A DNA stretch of 64,000 nucleotides, taken from NCBI GenBank assembly GCA_036439915.1, contig GCA_036439915.1_3065.1; one strand, written 5' to 3'. A program made the translations under genes and the position numbers. The first letter of the stretch is position 1. Every line of letters starts with the position of its first letter. The notes beneath the pieces are model-generated. The model worked only from the letters and a program-made list of their open reading frames with translations, did not search any database and was not told the origin of the DNA. This DNA is from a phage. Positions 30,997 to 42,861 of this stretch are shown in pieces.

Positions 30997-31346
30997 TTAG
31001 AAAGGTCCTGGATGTCTTCTGCGAACTTGTTGAAGGAGTTGTTGATTTGTTTTTCAACCAATCCTGGCTTACGAGCCACCACATCCGCCTTCTTTGCATC
31101 TTTGCGCAGTTTTTCATTTTCACGCTCAATAGCAGCAATCGCCTCACGATTTTTATTATTCATCGCATCAATATAATTATACTGAATTCGCAAATTATTT
31201 AATGCTAAGGCGTTTTCATTGGCCGTTTTTGTAATTTCTACAACAGACGTTTCTAATCTTTCTACCTTATTTTTTAAAATAATAGATGTTCCGCCAAATG
31301 CTATTACAAGTAATAGCAATCCAGCTGTAAAATTACTTACATGCAT
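30993..31346 (-). CDS. Putative i-spanin (Rz-like)
   Basis: 117 aa; N-terminal TM helix then charged coiled-coil-like region. Confidence 0.55.
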   Translation of the reverse strand: MHVSNFTAGLLLLVIAFGGTSIILKNKVERLETSVVEITKTANENALALNNLRIQYNYIDAMNNKNREAIAAIERENEKLRKDAKKADVVARKPGLVEKQINNSFNKFAEDIQDLSK

Positions 31347-31840
31347 AAAGTTTTAATAACCTCTATAATATCGTCTTGAGAAAGACCGTTAATTAAAATA
31401 TGATGTTCAGCTGGAGATTTAGAAATTTTAAAGCATGCCTCAACATCTTCTGCCATATCCGATGCACTACGATTTGGATTACTAATTCCAAGACGATGTT
31501 TTCCCGTCAAAGGATTAACGATGATATAGCATTTGCAGCTATTGATATGAACATTAGGCTGAGTCTGATTAATGAATACTTCGCACTCATACTTAGCGAG
31601 TTGATTTTCTAAAAAGACTTTCATCTCCTCAACCGCATCAGGAAGCATATCACGGGCTTGCTCAAGACGACGATTTCGATATTCTTTAATGGTCGTTTTC
31701 CGTTTGACTTGCTTAGCTAAATCTTTCTTAAGATCGGTGATATATCCAACTCGACGATTTCCTTTAAATACAGAAATCCCATCCGTAGTATCACCGTATG
31801 CTTCAACAACCATTTCAGTAGTAATAAGCTGCAAATCCAT
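31337..31840 (-). CDS. alc: Alc, host transcription shutoff protein
   Basis: 167 aa from second ATG (T4 Alc length); upstream of pseT cluster as in T4. Confidence 0.75.
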   Translation of the reverse strand: MDLQLITTEMVVEAYGDTTDGISVFKGNRRVGYITDLKKDLAKQVKRKTTIKEYRNRRLEQARDMLPDAVEEMKVFLENQLAKYECEVFINQTQPNVHINSCKCYIIVNPLTGKHRLGISNPNRSASDMAEDVEACFKISKSPAEHHILINGLSQDDIIEVIKTLCM

Positions 31841-31845
31841 CATAA

Positions 31846-31902
31846 AGTCCTCATGTTATGTCAGTAAAACTACTATAACACAACACGAGGGACTTGTAAA
31901 CA
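31846..31902 (-). promoter_or_regulatory. Early-type promoter plus leader, copy 2 of duplicated cassette
   Basis: Minus GTTTAC, 18-nt spacer, TATAGT, SD GAGGA; near-identical to 16053-16108. Confidence 0.5.
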
Positions 31903-31904
31903 GC

Positions 31905-33492
<1,588 letters not shown>

Positions 33493-33519
33493 AATAAAAT
33501 GGGCCTTGCGGCCCACTCC

Positions 33520-34698
33520 TTAAAAGTATTTTTTAAAACTCATCATAACTTTATCATCAACATCATTATCAATCTGTGCAACAAGATAAGATGACAGTTC
33601 TACTTCTTGTGGCGCGGATTGAACATTATCAGAATTAAGGTATTCACGAATCCAAGGATATGGATGTTTAACCGGAGCATCGGTAATTGGGCATGGAAGA
33701 CCACACTGTTTCATACGAGATACAGTTAAATAATCAATAAAGCTCCACATGCTATTTGTATTTAATCCAGGAACATCGCCATCTTTAAATAAATGAACTG
33801 CCCAATCTTTTTCTTGGCGGTTAACTTCCATGAAAATATCAACTGCTTCTTGTTCACACTCTTGAGCAATTTTAACCCATTCATCACCATCAGTGCCAAG
33901 TTGAAGTTGACGAATAATATACTGGGTGCCTTTAAGGTGAAGCTGCTCATCACGTGCAATGAACTTCATAATCTTCGCATTACCTTCCATGATTTCCATA
34001 TTTTTATGGAAGTTGAAAGTACATGCAAAGGATACATAAAAACGAATAGCTTCCAGGGCATTGATAACATGAAGGCAGAGATAAAGCGACTTCATCAATG
34101 CATATTTACATTCTTCCACATGCATAAGACTATTTGAATATGCATCTAAATCATATTCATTTTCGGAAAAACATTTAAAAATTTCTTTTGCATTTTCCCA
34201 TTCGCGCGTCTTAACCAGAACATCATCATAATAACGACCAATAGATTCAGCACGTTTCATGATAGCTTTATCTAATACAATCTCATCAAATACCTTTGAC
34301 GGATCAGTATAAAGATTTCGCATAATATGAGTGTATGAACGACTGTGAATAGTTTCACTAAAAGTCCATGTAGCAACCCATGTATCAAGACTTGGGTCTG
34401 AAATTAACGACATAAGTACAGCAGACGGTGCACGACCCTGAATGCTATCTAGAAGTGATTGATACTTCAGGTTATTAGTAAAAATATCTTGCTGATATTG
34501 AGGAAGCTTGTTAAATTGCGCAGCATCCATCATTAAGTTTACTTCTTCAGGACGCCAGAAAAATGACAATTGCTTTTCGGTTAAATCTTCAAAAACTTTA
34601 TGACGTTGAATATCATAACGCGCAATACCAAGACCTGAACCGAAGAACATAGGTTCTTTTAAAACATCAACTGGATTTGTATTAAAAACTGTGCTCAT
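33520..34698 (-). CDS. nrdB: Ribonucleotide reductase beta subunit, uninterrupted
   Basis: 392-aa continuous ORF starting MSTVFNTNPVD; no intron. Confidence 0.9.
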   Translation of the reverse strand: MSTVFNTNPVDVLKEPMFFGSGLGIARYDIQRHKVFEDLTEKQLSFFWRPEEVNLMMDAAQFNKLPQYQQDIFTNNLKYQSLLDSIQGRAPSAVLMSLISDPSLDTWVATWTFSETIHSRSYTHIMRNLYTDPSKVFDEIVLDKAIMKRAESIGRYYDDVLVKTREWENAKEIFKCFSENEYDLDAYSNSLMHVEECKYALMKSLYLCLHVINALEAIRFYVSFACTFNFHKNMEIMEGNAKIMKFIARDEQLHLKGTQYIIRQLQLGTDGDEWVKIAQECEQEAVDIFMEVNRQEKDWAVHLFKDGDVPGLNTNSMWSFIDYLTVSRMKQCGLPCPITDAPVKHPYPWIREYLNSDNVQSAPQEVELSSYLVAQIDNDVDDKVMMSFKKYF

Positions 34699-34749
34699 AA
34701 ATTTTCCGCTTAGTTAATAGTTGGTGACTCGTCCGTGAGTCAAATTATA

Positions 34750-37014
34750 TCATAATTTACAGGATGAACAATCTTCAGCTTTTGGAGTTTCTATTTCATA
34801 ATCATCAGTACCAGAACCGTCACGGGTATTATGATAATAGAAATTTTTTCCGCCAAAATACCAAAAATACAAAAGGTCATCAATCATTATTGACATTGGA
34901 ACCTTTCCTTTTGGAAAAATCTGTGGGTCATAATATGTATTCGCCGAAGCTGATTGACAAACCCATTTCAGCATAATAGCTACCTGCGTAAGATAAGGTT
35001 TATTACCTTTCTTAGCTAATTTCCATGTATAATCATAAAGGTCTATGTTATGCTCAATATTGGGCACGACTTGATTAAAGGAGCCCTCTTTTGATTCTTT
35101 AACAGAGACTGGTCCACGTGGAGGCTCGATACCGTTTGTACTGTTAGAAACTTGGGAAGATGACTCACATGGCATAAGTGCTGATAATGTGCTATTACGG
35201 ATGCCAAAGAGCTTAAGGTCTTCCCGCAGCGACGACCAGTCACAAACGTATTTTGGAGCTGCGATTTGGTCAATCTTTTTATTGTACCAGTCGATAGGTA
35301 ATTCGCCTCGAGACCAACGAGTGTCTGAATAATATTCACAAGGTCCTTTTTCTTTGGCGAGTTTAATGGATGCTTTAATGAGTCCATACTGTAATCTCTC
35401 AAATAGTTCATGTGTTAAATCGTTAGCATCTTCATAAGAAGCAAAGTTACTTGCCAACCAAGCTGCATAGTTAGTAACACCTACACCGAGGTTACGACGC
35501 TTTTTAGCTTTTTCTGCTTCAGGAACTGGATATCCTTGGTAATCCAAAAGATTATCAAGAGCACGAACCTGGACTTCTGCCAATTCATTAATTTTATCTT
35601 GGTCTTGCCAGTCAAAATTATCCAGTACGAATGCAGAGAGAGTACACAATCCAATTTCAGCATCAGGACTATTCACATCATTTGTTGGAATAGCAATTTC
35701 ACAGCACAAGTTACTCTGACGAATAGGTGCCTTTTCACGAATAAACGGAGTATAGTTATTCGTATTATCAATGAACTGTACATAAATCCTTGCTGTTCCT
35801 GAGCGTTCAGTCATGAGCAATTCAAATAGTTCACGAGCTTTAATACGCTTTTTACGAATATTAGGGTCTTTTTCTGCGGCTTCATACAATTCACGGAAAC
35901 GGTCTTGGTCTTTAAAATAAGAATAATAAAGCTCTCCGCCCATTTCATGGGGACTGAACAAAGTAATGTAATCGTTCTTTCCGAATCGTTCCATCATCAA
36001 ATCATTCAGCTGAACACCATAATCCATATGACGAATGCGGTTTTCTTCTACGCCTTTGTTATTTTTCAAAACAAGAAGATTTTCAACTTCCAAATGCCAA
36101 ATAGGATAATAAGCAGTAGCAGCGCCGCCACGAATTCCACCCTGTGAGCATGATTTAACAGCAGTCTGAAAATGTTTCCAAAAAGGAATAACACCAGTAT
36201 GGCGTACTTCACCCATGCCAATCTTAGAACCTTCAGCACGAATCATACCAACGTTAATACCAATTCCAGCGCGTTTAGAGATATATTCAACAATTGAAGC
36301 GGAAGCCTTATTGATAGACTTTAATGAATCACCTGCCTCAATAACAACGCATGAACTAAACTGCCGGGTTGGAGTACGGCAACCAGCCATAATAGGAGTT
36401 GGCAATGAAATCTGTCGAGTAGATACTGCTTCATAAAAACGGATAACGTGTTTTAATCTATCAACAGGTTCATCTTGATGCAATGCCATTCCAATAGTCA
36501 TAAATGCAAACTGTGGAGTTTCATAAATTTGACCAGTGGTTTTATCTTTAACTAGATATTTTTCTTTTAATTGCATCGCCCCGGAATAAGTAAATTCCAT
36601 ATCCCGCTCGTGCTTAATTTTTGATTCTAAAAATGTAATTTCTTCTGCAGAATATTTTGACAACAATTCAGGGTCGTATTTACCTTCATTTACACAGTAA
36701 GAAATATGGTCAATAAATGAACGTGGTTCATACTGCCCATAAACATGCTTACGAAGAGCAAACATTAAACAGCGTGCAGCTACATATTGATAATCAGGTT
36801 CTTCAACCGAAATAGAATTCGCAGCGGCCTTAATGACAATAGTCTGAATATCATCAGTTGTCATTCCATCACGGAGATATGATTTAATATTTTCATATAA
36901 TTCATAAGGATCTACAGATGTTCCTTCAGCTGCCCAAGATAAAACTTTAATAATTTTTTGCGGGTCAAAGCTCTGAGAAACACCACTACTTTTGATAACA
37001 TTAATTAATTGCAT
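34750..37014 (-). CDS. nrdA: Ribonucleotide reductase alpha subunit
   Basis: 754 aa (T4 NrdA length); 51-bp gap to nrdB. Confidence 0.9.
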   Translation of the reverse strand: MQLINVIKSSGVSQSFDPQKIIKVLSWAAEGTSVDPYELYENIKSYLRDGMTTDDIQTIVIKAAANSISVEEPDYQYVAARCLMFALRKHVYGQYEPRSFIDHISYCVNEGKYDPELLSKYSAEEITFLESKIKHERDMEFTYSGAMQLKEKYLVKDKTTGQIYETPQFAFMTIGMALHQDEPVDRLKHVIRFYEAVSTRQISLPTPIMAGCRTPTRQFSSCVVIEAGDSLKSINKASASIVEYISKRAGIGINVGMIRAEGSKIGMGEVRHTGVIPFWKHFQTAVKSCSQGGIRGGAATAYYPIWHLEVENLLVLKNNKGVEENRIRHMDYGVQLNDLMMERFGKNDYITLFSPHEMGGELYYSYFKDQDRFRELYEAAEKDPNIRKKRIKARELFELLMTERSGTARIYVQFIDNTNNYTPFIREKAPIRQSNLCCEIAIPTNDVNSPDAEIGLCTLSAFVLDNFDWQDQDKINELAEVQVRALDNLLDYQGYPVPEAEKAKKRRNLGVGVTNYAAWLASNFASYEDANDLTHELFERLQYGLIKASIKLAKEKGPCEYYSDTRWSRGELPIDWYNKKIDQIAAPKYVCDWSSLREDLKLFGIRNSTLSALMPCESSSQVSNSTNGIEPPRGPVSVKESKEGSFNQVVPNIEHNIDLYDYTWKLAKKGNKPYLTQVAIMLKWVCQSASANTYYDPQIFPKGKVPMSIMIDDLLYFWYFGGKNFYYHNTRDGSGTDDYEIETPKAEDCSSCKL

Positions 37015-37331
37015 AAGTCCTCAACTTGAAAATCGTCTTTAAACAATCGGTTAACTATATGAGCTATTATATCACCATGACACGGCTTTGGTTTACATGT
37101 GCATCCTAGCCTCATTCCACGTAAAGGCTCTAAATGTGCTTTAGTTATTTCTCCGGATTTAATTCGACGTATAAAATCTTTTTTGAATAATTCAATGGCA
37201 GCCTCCCGGCTGCCAGCATCTTTACCGACGTAATTTCCCCAAAATGTACCACGGTGAATATTAACATCAAAGTCGGATTTATATTTATTCACTACCCGGC
37301 ATAGACTGCCCGCGCGGTTGTAGGTGTTCAT
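37005..37331 (-). CDS. Hypothetical Cys/His-motif protein (nrdA.1 position)
   Basis: 108 aa; motif [11 protein letters not shown]. Confidence 0.5.
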   Translation of the reverse strand: MNTYNRAGSLCRVVNKYKSDFDVNIHRGTFWGNYVGKDAGSREAAIELFKKDFIRRIKSGEITKAHLEPLRGMRLGCTCKPKPCHGDIIAHIVNRLFKDDFQVEDLCN

Positions 37332-37560
37332 ATTGTTCTTCCGTTAAAACAGTAATATCGTAGTAACAGTCAGAAGAAGTTTTAACTGTGGAAATTTTAT
37401 TATCAAAATACTCACGAGTCATTTTATGAGTATAATATTTTTTGCCATAAATGATAATAGGCTGATTTGGTCCTGGAACTTCTAACTCACTTGGATTAGG
37501 AAGTGTAAAAAGAACTACACCAGAAGTATCTTTAAATCGTAAAATCATATATCCTCGCAA
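37285..37560 (-). CDS. Hypothetical protein (nrdA.2 position)
   Basis: 91-aa ORF between td and nrdA. Confidence 0.5.
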   Translation of the reverse strand: MRGYMILRFKDTSGVVLFTLPNPSELEVPGPNQPIIIYGKKYYTHKMTREYFDNKISTVKTSSDCYYDITVLTEEQYEHLQPRGQSMPGSE

Positions 37561-37568
37561 TAATAAAA

Positions 37569-38429
37569 TTACACCGCCATCTTTCCTTTAATAGGAGGAT
37601 GTGATTCATAGTTGTTAAGAACAAAATTATGAGGCTTTGCAAATTGACTCAACCAAAATACCTGCGATTCTGTGTCCCATTCATCAAATTCATCTGGAAA
37701 TTTTAATTGTAATTCGCATAAATCCATAGGTTCACGACATAAAATTTCTTTACATTGTTCTACGTGATTCATATAGATATGAGTATTACCACCAGAAAAT
37801 ATCAAATCTCCCGGAATAAGATTACACATTTTAGCTACAATATGAACTAACGTAGCATATGATGCAATATTAAATGGAAGACCGAGGAAAACATCTACCG
37901 AACGTTGATACCACTGAAGGTCAAGGTATCCATTACGCACATTAAACTGATAGAACATGTGACAAGGCGGTAATGCCATTTGCTTGAGTTCAGCTGGATT
38001 CCATGCTGAAACAACTTGACGTCTATCATTTGGCAGTTTTTTAATACGATCAATAACTTCTACAATTTGGTCTACACCGCCAAAATCACGCCACTGTTTT
38101 CCATAAATTGGACCAAGTTCACCGCTATGGTATCCTAAATCTTTTGCTTGATTTTCGTAATTTTCATCCCAGACTGTTTTGCCTTGAATTAATGAATCAT
38201 GTTGAATTAATCGCAAATCATTTACATTTGTGCTTCCTGATAAAAACCATATTAGCTCAGCAATGCATGCATTCCAGGCGAGCTTTTTAGTTGTTACTGC
38301 AGGAAAACCTTTAGTTAAATCCCAACGCAATTTAGTACCGAACAGAGCAATTGTTCCTGTGCCTGTTCGGTCATCAGTTTCATAACCATTTTCAAAAATG
38401 TCTTTAATTAAATCTTGGTATTGTTTCAT
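37569..38429 (-). CDS. td: Thymidylate synthase, uninterrupted
   Basis: 286-aa continuous ORF; no intron or intron endonuclease ORF. Confidence 0.9.
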   Translation of the reverse strand: MKQYQDLIKDIFENGYETDDRTGTGTIALFGTKLRWDLTKGFPAVTTKKLAWNACIAELIWFLSGSTNVNDLRLIQHDSLIQGKTVWDENYENQAKDLGYHSGELGPIYGKQWRDFGGVDQIVEVIDRIKKLPNDRRQVVSAWNPAELKQMALPPCHMFYQFNVRNGYLDLQWYQRSVDVFLGLPFNIASYATLVHIVAKMCNLIPGDLIFSGGNTHIYMNHVEQCKEILCREPMDLCELQLKFPDEFDEWDTESQVFWLSQFAKPHNFVLNNYESHPPIKGKMAV

Positions 38430-38474
38430 TTAGTACCTTATATAAATTATAATACATTTTATGAAGCTAAATAA

Positions 38475-38822
38475 TCAATACGGTTTAGCATCAAATTTTC
38501 TCTCAATTTCAGGCGTGAAATATAATTCTTTACCGCGTTTGGAAAAGCGACCAATAATATGATAATTATTCTCATCAAACGTGATATTACCAATATCCAT
38601 AGCTTTCAACCAAATATCGATATTTCTATCCAGCTTTATGTCAAAATTCCAATACGGAGAACTATTACCGAAAATACTACAAGCGGATTCAGTGAAACAA
38701 CTGCTATAAATCTTGTCTTTAGGAACTACTAATTGATAGACACCTTTAATAAACTGAGGACCCTGCCACTTTGGCTGTTTCTCATCTTTTTCTAATAGAA
38801 TAGGGTAATAATTAAAATTCAT
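38475..38822 (-). CDS. Hypothetical protein inserted between frd and td
   Basis: 115-aa ORF in the 412-bp frd-td spacer; ATG 19 nt after frd stop. Confidence 0.55.
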   Translation of the reverse strand: MNFNYYPILLEKDEKQPKWQGPQFIKGVYQLVVPKDKIYSSCFTESACSIFGNSSPYWNFDIKLDRNIDIWLKAMDIGNITFDENNYHIIGRFSKRGKELYFTPEIERKFDAKPY

Positions 38823-38841
38823 ATTTCCGCCGCGCGTTATT

Positions 38842-39668
<827 letters not shown>

Positions 39669-39679
39669 ATTATCTCCTA

Positions 39680-40012
39680 TTAAAAAGGATCAGGAACATA
39701 TCCGCTAGCTTTAATCATTTTAATTAACGTTAACATTCCTTTGTTAACTGCTCGTGAGATTTCATCAAAAACTTCATCACTAAAAAGTTCTAACACGCCC
39801 TTCTGAACTTTTAATTTACAGCCAACAATTTCTTCATCGCCTATAGTAAATTCATTACCACCAATTCCACCGAAAAACTTAATTACACCAGTTAACTGTC
39901 TTCCACGAGAATATGGGTCGTGTGATAAAGTAATATGAGTCACCCCGGGTACAGTTTTAAATTGACAGCGAATGTTTACTTGAGCAATTCCAGTTACATG
40001 AATGTCAGACAT
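39680..40012 (-). CDS. Hypothetical protein (frd.2 position)
   Basis: 110-aa ORF. Confidence 0.55.
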   Translation of the reverse strand: MSDIHVTGIAQVNIRCQFKTVPGVTHITLSHDPYSRGRQLTGVIKFFGGIGGNEFTIGDEEIVGCKLKVQKGVLELFSDEVFDEISRAVNKGMLTLIKMIKASGYVPDPF

Positions 40013-40022
40013 AATATTTTCC

Positions 40023-40265
40023 TCAAACAGACTTTTTCACAATTTTCCAGTCAGCTTTAAACTGATCAACGTCAGAGTGATAAATCCAAAATCCTGCACT
40101 TTCTCCATCTTCATAAAGCGGACATCCATCACATTCATCTTCCCATCCCATGCCACGTAAAAGATGTTCAGCTTTTTCAACAAGTTCAGAATCTTTACCG
40201 ATAATATTAAAATACCATTTACCTCTAACTTCTGAATCTTTGATGCTCTGACGTTGTAATCTCAT
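40023..40265 (-). CDS. Hypothetical protein (frd.3 position)
   Basis: 80-aa ORF. Confidence 0.5.
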   Translation of the reverse strand: MRLQRQSIKDSEVRGKWYFNIIGKDSELVEKAEHLLRGMGWEDECDGCPLYEDGESAGFWIYHSDVDQFKADWKIVKKSV

Positions 40266-40364
40266 TTTATTCTCCTTAGCAAGCTTTAATCAAAAGATAT
40301 AAACAAACTAACATAACTGCTGCCATAATATAAGGTGCGAACATTTTCTTTTCTCCATTAGTTT

Positions 40365-40394
40365 TGATAGGGTAATAGTATCACACTACTACCC
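40365..40394 (-). promoter_or_regulatory. Early-type promoter (cassette family)
   Basis: Minus GTTTAC, 18-nt spacer, TACTAT. Confidence 0.4.
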
Positions 40395-40403
40395 TGCTGT
40401 AAA

Positions 40404-40781
40404 CTACTTTTTGAAAGTTTTTCGCAAAAGTTCAATGATTCGATCTACATTGTTTTCGTCAACGATGCAGTGAATTTTTGTTACGCCAGAAATCGTGTCT
40501 TCGCCTTCATCTTCAGAAATCGGTTCTTTATACTCGCGAAAGCAATAAAATTCGTCTTCGCAAATTTCTGAAAGTCTATCACAAAAGTAAAAATGTTTTC
40601 CATTGGCGCATTCAATATGTTTTACTGCTTTAAATCCATTATTAAAGAAAACTTCTTTAACTTCAAACCATCCACCATTTTCTTTGATAATTTTAACTAT
40701 CGATCCATTAGAACGTGGGCTATGACTAATAAATGCGTCAATGAGACTTGGAATAAGTTCATACTTTTTACCGATATACAT
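40404..40781 (-). CDS. Hypothetical protein, extra ORF between frd region and gene 32
   Basis: 125-aa ORF preceded by hairpin and SD. Confidence 0.5.
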   Translation of the reverse strand: MYIGKKYELIPSLIDAFISHSPRSNGSIVKIIKENGGWFEVKEVFFNNGFKAVKHIECANGKHFYFCDRLSEICEDEFYCFREYKEPISEDEGEDTISGVTKIHCIVDENNVDRIIELLRKTFKK

Positions 40782-40826
40782 TTTCTTTTCCTCATTTTTA
40801 AGGGGCTATCAATAACCCCTTGATAA

Positions 40827-41054
40827 TTATCGTTCAATCAGTCCCATGTAAAACTCTGCGTCTTCGGCATCCATACCATCACAGTATTCATTAGCCATAA
40901 AGCGTTCAAGAACTTCTAAAGGACCTTCAACAACAATTTGAATACTCCAAAATTTAGAATCTTGCACACTTGTGATGCTAAGTTCAGGATAACGATTACG
41001 AATAATTTCTTCGATGTATTCAAAATCAACGATGTCAATATCAACTTTAGCCAT
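40827..41054 (-). CDS. Hypothetical protein, extra ORF between frd region and gene 32
   Basis: 75 aa from internal ATG (SD AGAGGAAA); track N-terminus reads through the promoter cassette. Confidence 0.5.
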   Translation of the reverse strand: MAKVDIDIVDFEYIEEIIRNRYPELSITSVQDSKFWSIQIVVEGPLEVLERFMANEYCDGMDAEDAEFYMGLIER

Positions 41055-41087
41055 ATTATTTTCCTCTTTAATCATCAACAGTATTGC

Positions 41088-41117
41088 CGATAGTTGTATA
41101 GTACCATGGAACGACAA
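41088..41117 (-). promoter_or_regulatory. Early-type promoter (PeSL-like cassette)
   Basis: Minus GTTTAC, 18-nt spacer, TACTAT, A/T-rich upstream; directly 3' of gene 32 terminator. Confidence 0.5.
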
Positions 41118-41144
41118 GGATGTAAACAGTTTTGTGAAAAAATT

Positions 41145-41176
41145 TTTGAAATAAAAATGGGGACCTCTAGGGTCCC
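41145..41176 (-). terminator. Intrinsic terminator after gene 32
   Basis: Stem GGGGACC / GGTCCCC, 5-nt loop, U-run on minus strand. Confidence 0.6.
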
Positions 41177-41199
41177 CGATTAATTAGTAATATAATCTA

Positions 41200-42108
41200 T
41201 TAAAGATCATTCAAAAGATCATCCAGATCCGTGTCATCAGCACTAGATGAACTGTTAGAGCTTGAACTCATAAAATCATCTTCAGTTTTTGTGTTAAAAT
41301 CATCAACATTGAATGCATCCAAATCATCAGCAACTTTATCGGCTTTCTTAGCAGCTGTTGCCGCAGCACCACCCATAATAGCAGTTCCCATAACTTGACT
41401 AAATTTAGTATTCAGTTCTTCAAATGATTTGAACTTATCTTTAGAAGTCATTTCAGAAAGATCAACCATTTGCTCAAACAGTTCTTTCTGGAAAGATTCA
41501 TTATCAATGTTTGGAATTGCAGACTGATTCAAGAATTTAGATTCGTCGTAATTACTGAAACCAGAAACCTGTTTGACTTTCAGTACAAAGTTAGCACCTT
41601 CCCACGGACAAGTTACATCAACCGGAGTTTCACCCATTTCAACATCAACTGCAATCATTGCATTGATTTTATCCCAGATTTTCTTACCGAAACGGTATTT
41701 AAATACTTTACCTTCATTTTCTGGAGCAGCTGGGTCTTTTACTACAAGAATGTTAGCCCAGTAAGAAGTTTTACGTTTAACAAGACCGTACTCTTTATTG
41801 TCAGTGTTGTATAAATCATTTTTACTGATGTACTGACATACTGGACAAGAATCGTAATCACCGTGGGTAGATGAACAGTTTTCAATATACCATTTACCAT
41901 TTTTCTTGAAACCGTGATTTACAAGAATTGCGAATGGTGCTTGTTCATCATTTTTAGACGGAAGAAAACGAATTACTGCTTGACCGTTACCCGCATTGTC
42001 GAGTTTCAGTTTCCACTCGCCTTTATCTTCAGAAGAAAAACCACCTTTATTTCCAGCCAGTTTAGCCATTTGTGCAGCGAGTTCAGCAGTAGATTTACGT
42101 TTAAACAT
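41200..42108 (-). CDS. 32: Single-stranded DNA-binding protein gp32
   Basis: 302 aa; starts [17 protein letters not shown]; zinc-site Cys/His; acidic Ser/Asp-rich C-terminus. Confidence 0.95.
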   Translation of the reverse strand: MFKRKSTAELAAQMAKLAGNKGGFSSEDKGEWKLKLDNAGNGQAVIRFLPSKNDEQAPFAILVNHGFKKNGKWYIENCSSTHGDYDSCPVCQYISKNDLYNTDNKEYGLVKRKTSYWANILVVKDPAAPENEGKVFKYRFGKKIWDKINAMIAVDVEMGETPVDVTCPWEGANFVLKVKQVSGFSNYDESKFLNQSAIPNIDNESFQKELFEQMVDLSEMTSKDKFKSFEELNTKFSQVMGTAIMGGAAATAAKKADKVADDLDAFNVDDFNTKTEDDFMSSSSNSSSSADDTDLDDLLNDL

Positions 42109-42191
42109 TTTTATTTCCTTTTTAATTTAATTAACAGTTGGTGCTATGACGATGTATGACCTCATAGCTGGTCAGTGAGATAATTATAATT

Positions 42192-42199
42192 TATTTATA
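42192..42199 (-). promoter_or_regulatory. Possible late promoter (TATAAATA) upstream of gene 32
   Basis: Minus-strand TATAAATA about 85 nt upstream of gene 32 ATG. Confidence 0.35.
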
Positions 42200-42207
42200 A
42201 TAAGCAA

Positions 42208-42861
42208 TTAATACTTACAAGATTTCACAGTTTCAATAAAAACTTTTTTAGCTTCCTGTGAATCGATATTTAAAATTTTTCTATAAGCTTTTAACTTTAT
42301 AGAATAATTATTCCAGACTAAATTATCAGTCTGTTCATCGTGTTTATCAATTATATTTAAAAATGAATCAAGCAAGATAAACGTCTCAAACGAAATTATG
42401 TTCGATTGCAGAAGTTTAAAAATATAACTTGACTGAACCTTTGGATTATATTCAAAGATTTCTTTAAAAGCAGAAACTTCAACTTTTTTACTAAAATAAT
42501 AAATGTTGCGAATATCTTCTTCAAACTTAAATTTAATTTGCTTTAAGCGTCCGATATATTCACGATAAAACACAAGTGCATCAGCGTCAGAGATGTCACC
42601 AATCCAAGCATCCTGGTTAGCAACAAGATTGCTTATAAAGATTAAAGCAAGTTCCTTTAATTTATATTTTTCTGATAACTTCTGGAAAAAATACTTATCC
42701 CTTCGCTTTTGATAAGCGGCATCAGACACCCGCATGCACCAATTATACTTAATAACATCATACTTTCCATTCATATGTTGTTTTATCATTAAGTATAATT
42801 TATAAACTGATTTACCATCAATATATCTTTCACCACCAGCAGGCATGCGGAGTTTAATCAT
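42208..42861 (-). CDS. 59: Helicase loader gp59
   Basis: 217 aa (T4 gp59 length); directly upstream of gene 32, nothing in between. Confidence 0.85.
   Translation of the reverse strand: MIKLRMPAGGERYIDGKSVYKLYLMIKQHMNGKYDVIKYNWCMRVSDAAYQKRRDKYFFQKLSEKYKLKELALIFISNLVANQDAWIGDISDADALVFYREYIGRLKQIKFKFEEDIRNIYYFSKKVEVSAFKEIFEYNPKVQSSYIFKLLQSNIISFETFILLDSFLNIIDKHDEQTDNLVWNNYSIKLKAYRKILNIDSQEAKKVFIETVKSCKY

Noticed and set aside
37569-38429. Group I intron in td (and likewise nrdB 33520-34698)
   Set aside because: Both genes are single continuous ORFs of full expected length; no interruption or intron ORF.
40827-41117. N-terminal extensions of track ORFs 40827-41117, 60762-60971 and 61118-61474
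   Set aside because: The extensions are read-through of promoter cassettes (recurring pseudo-peptide RGTIQLSTTEE); internal ATGs with strong SDs are the likely true starts.
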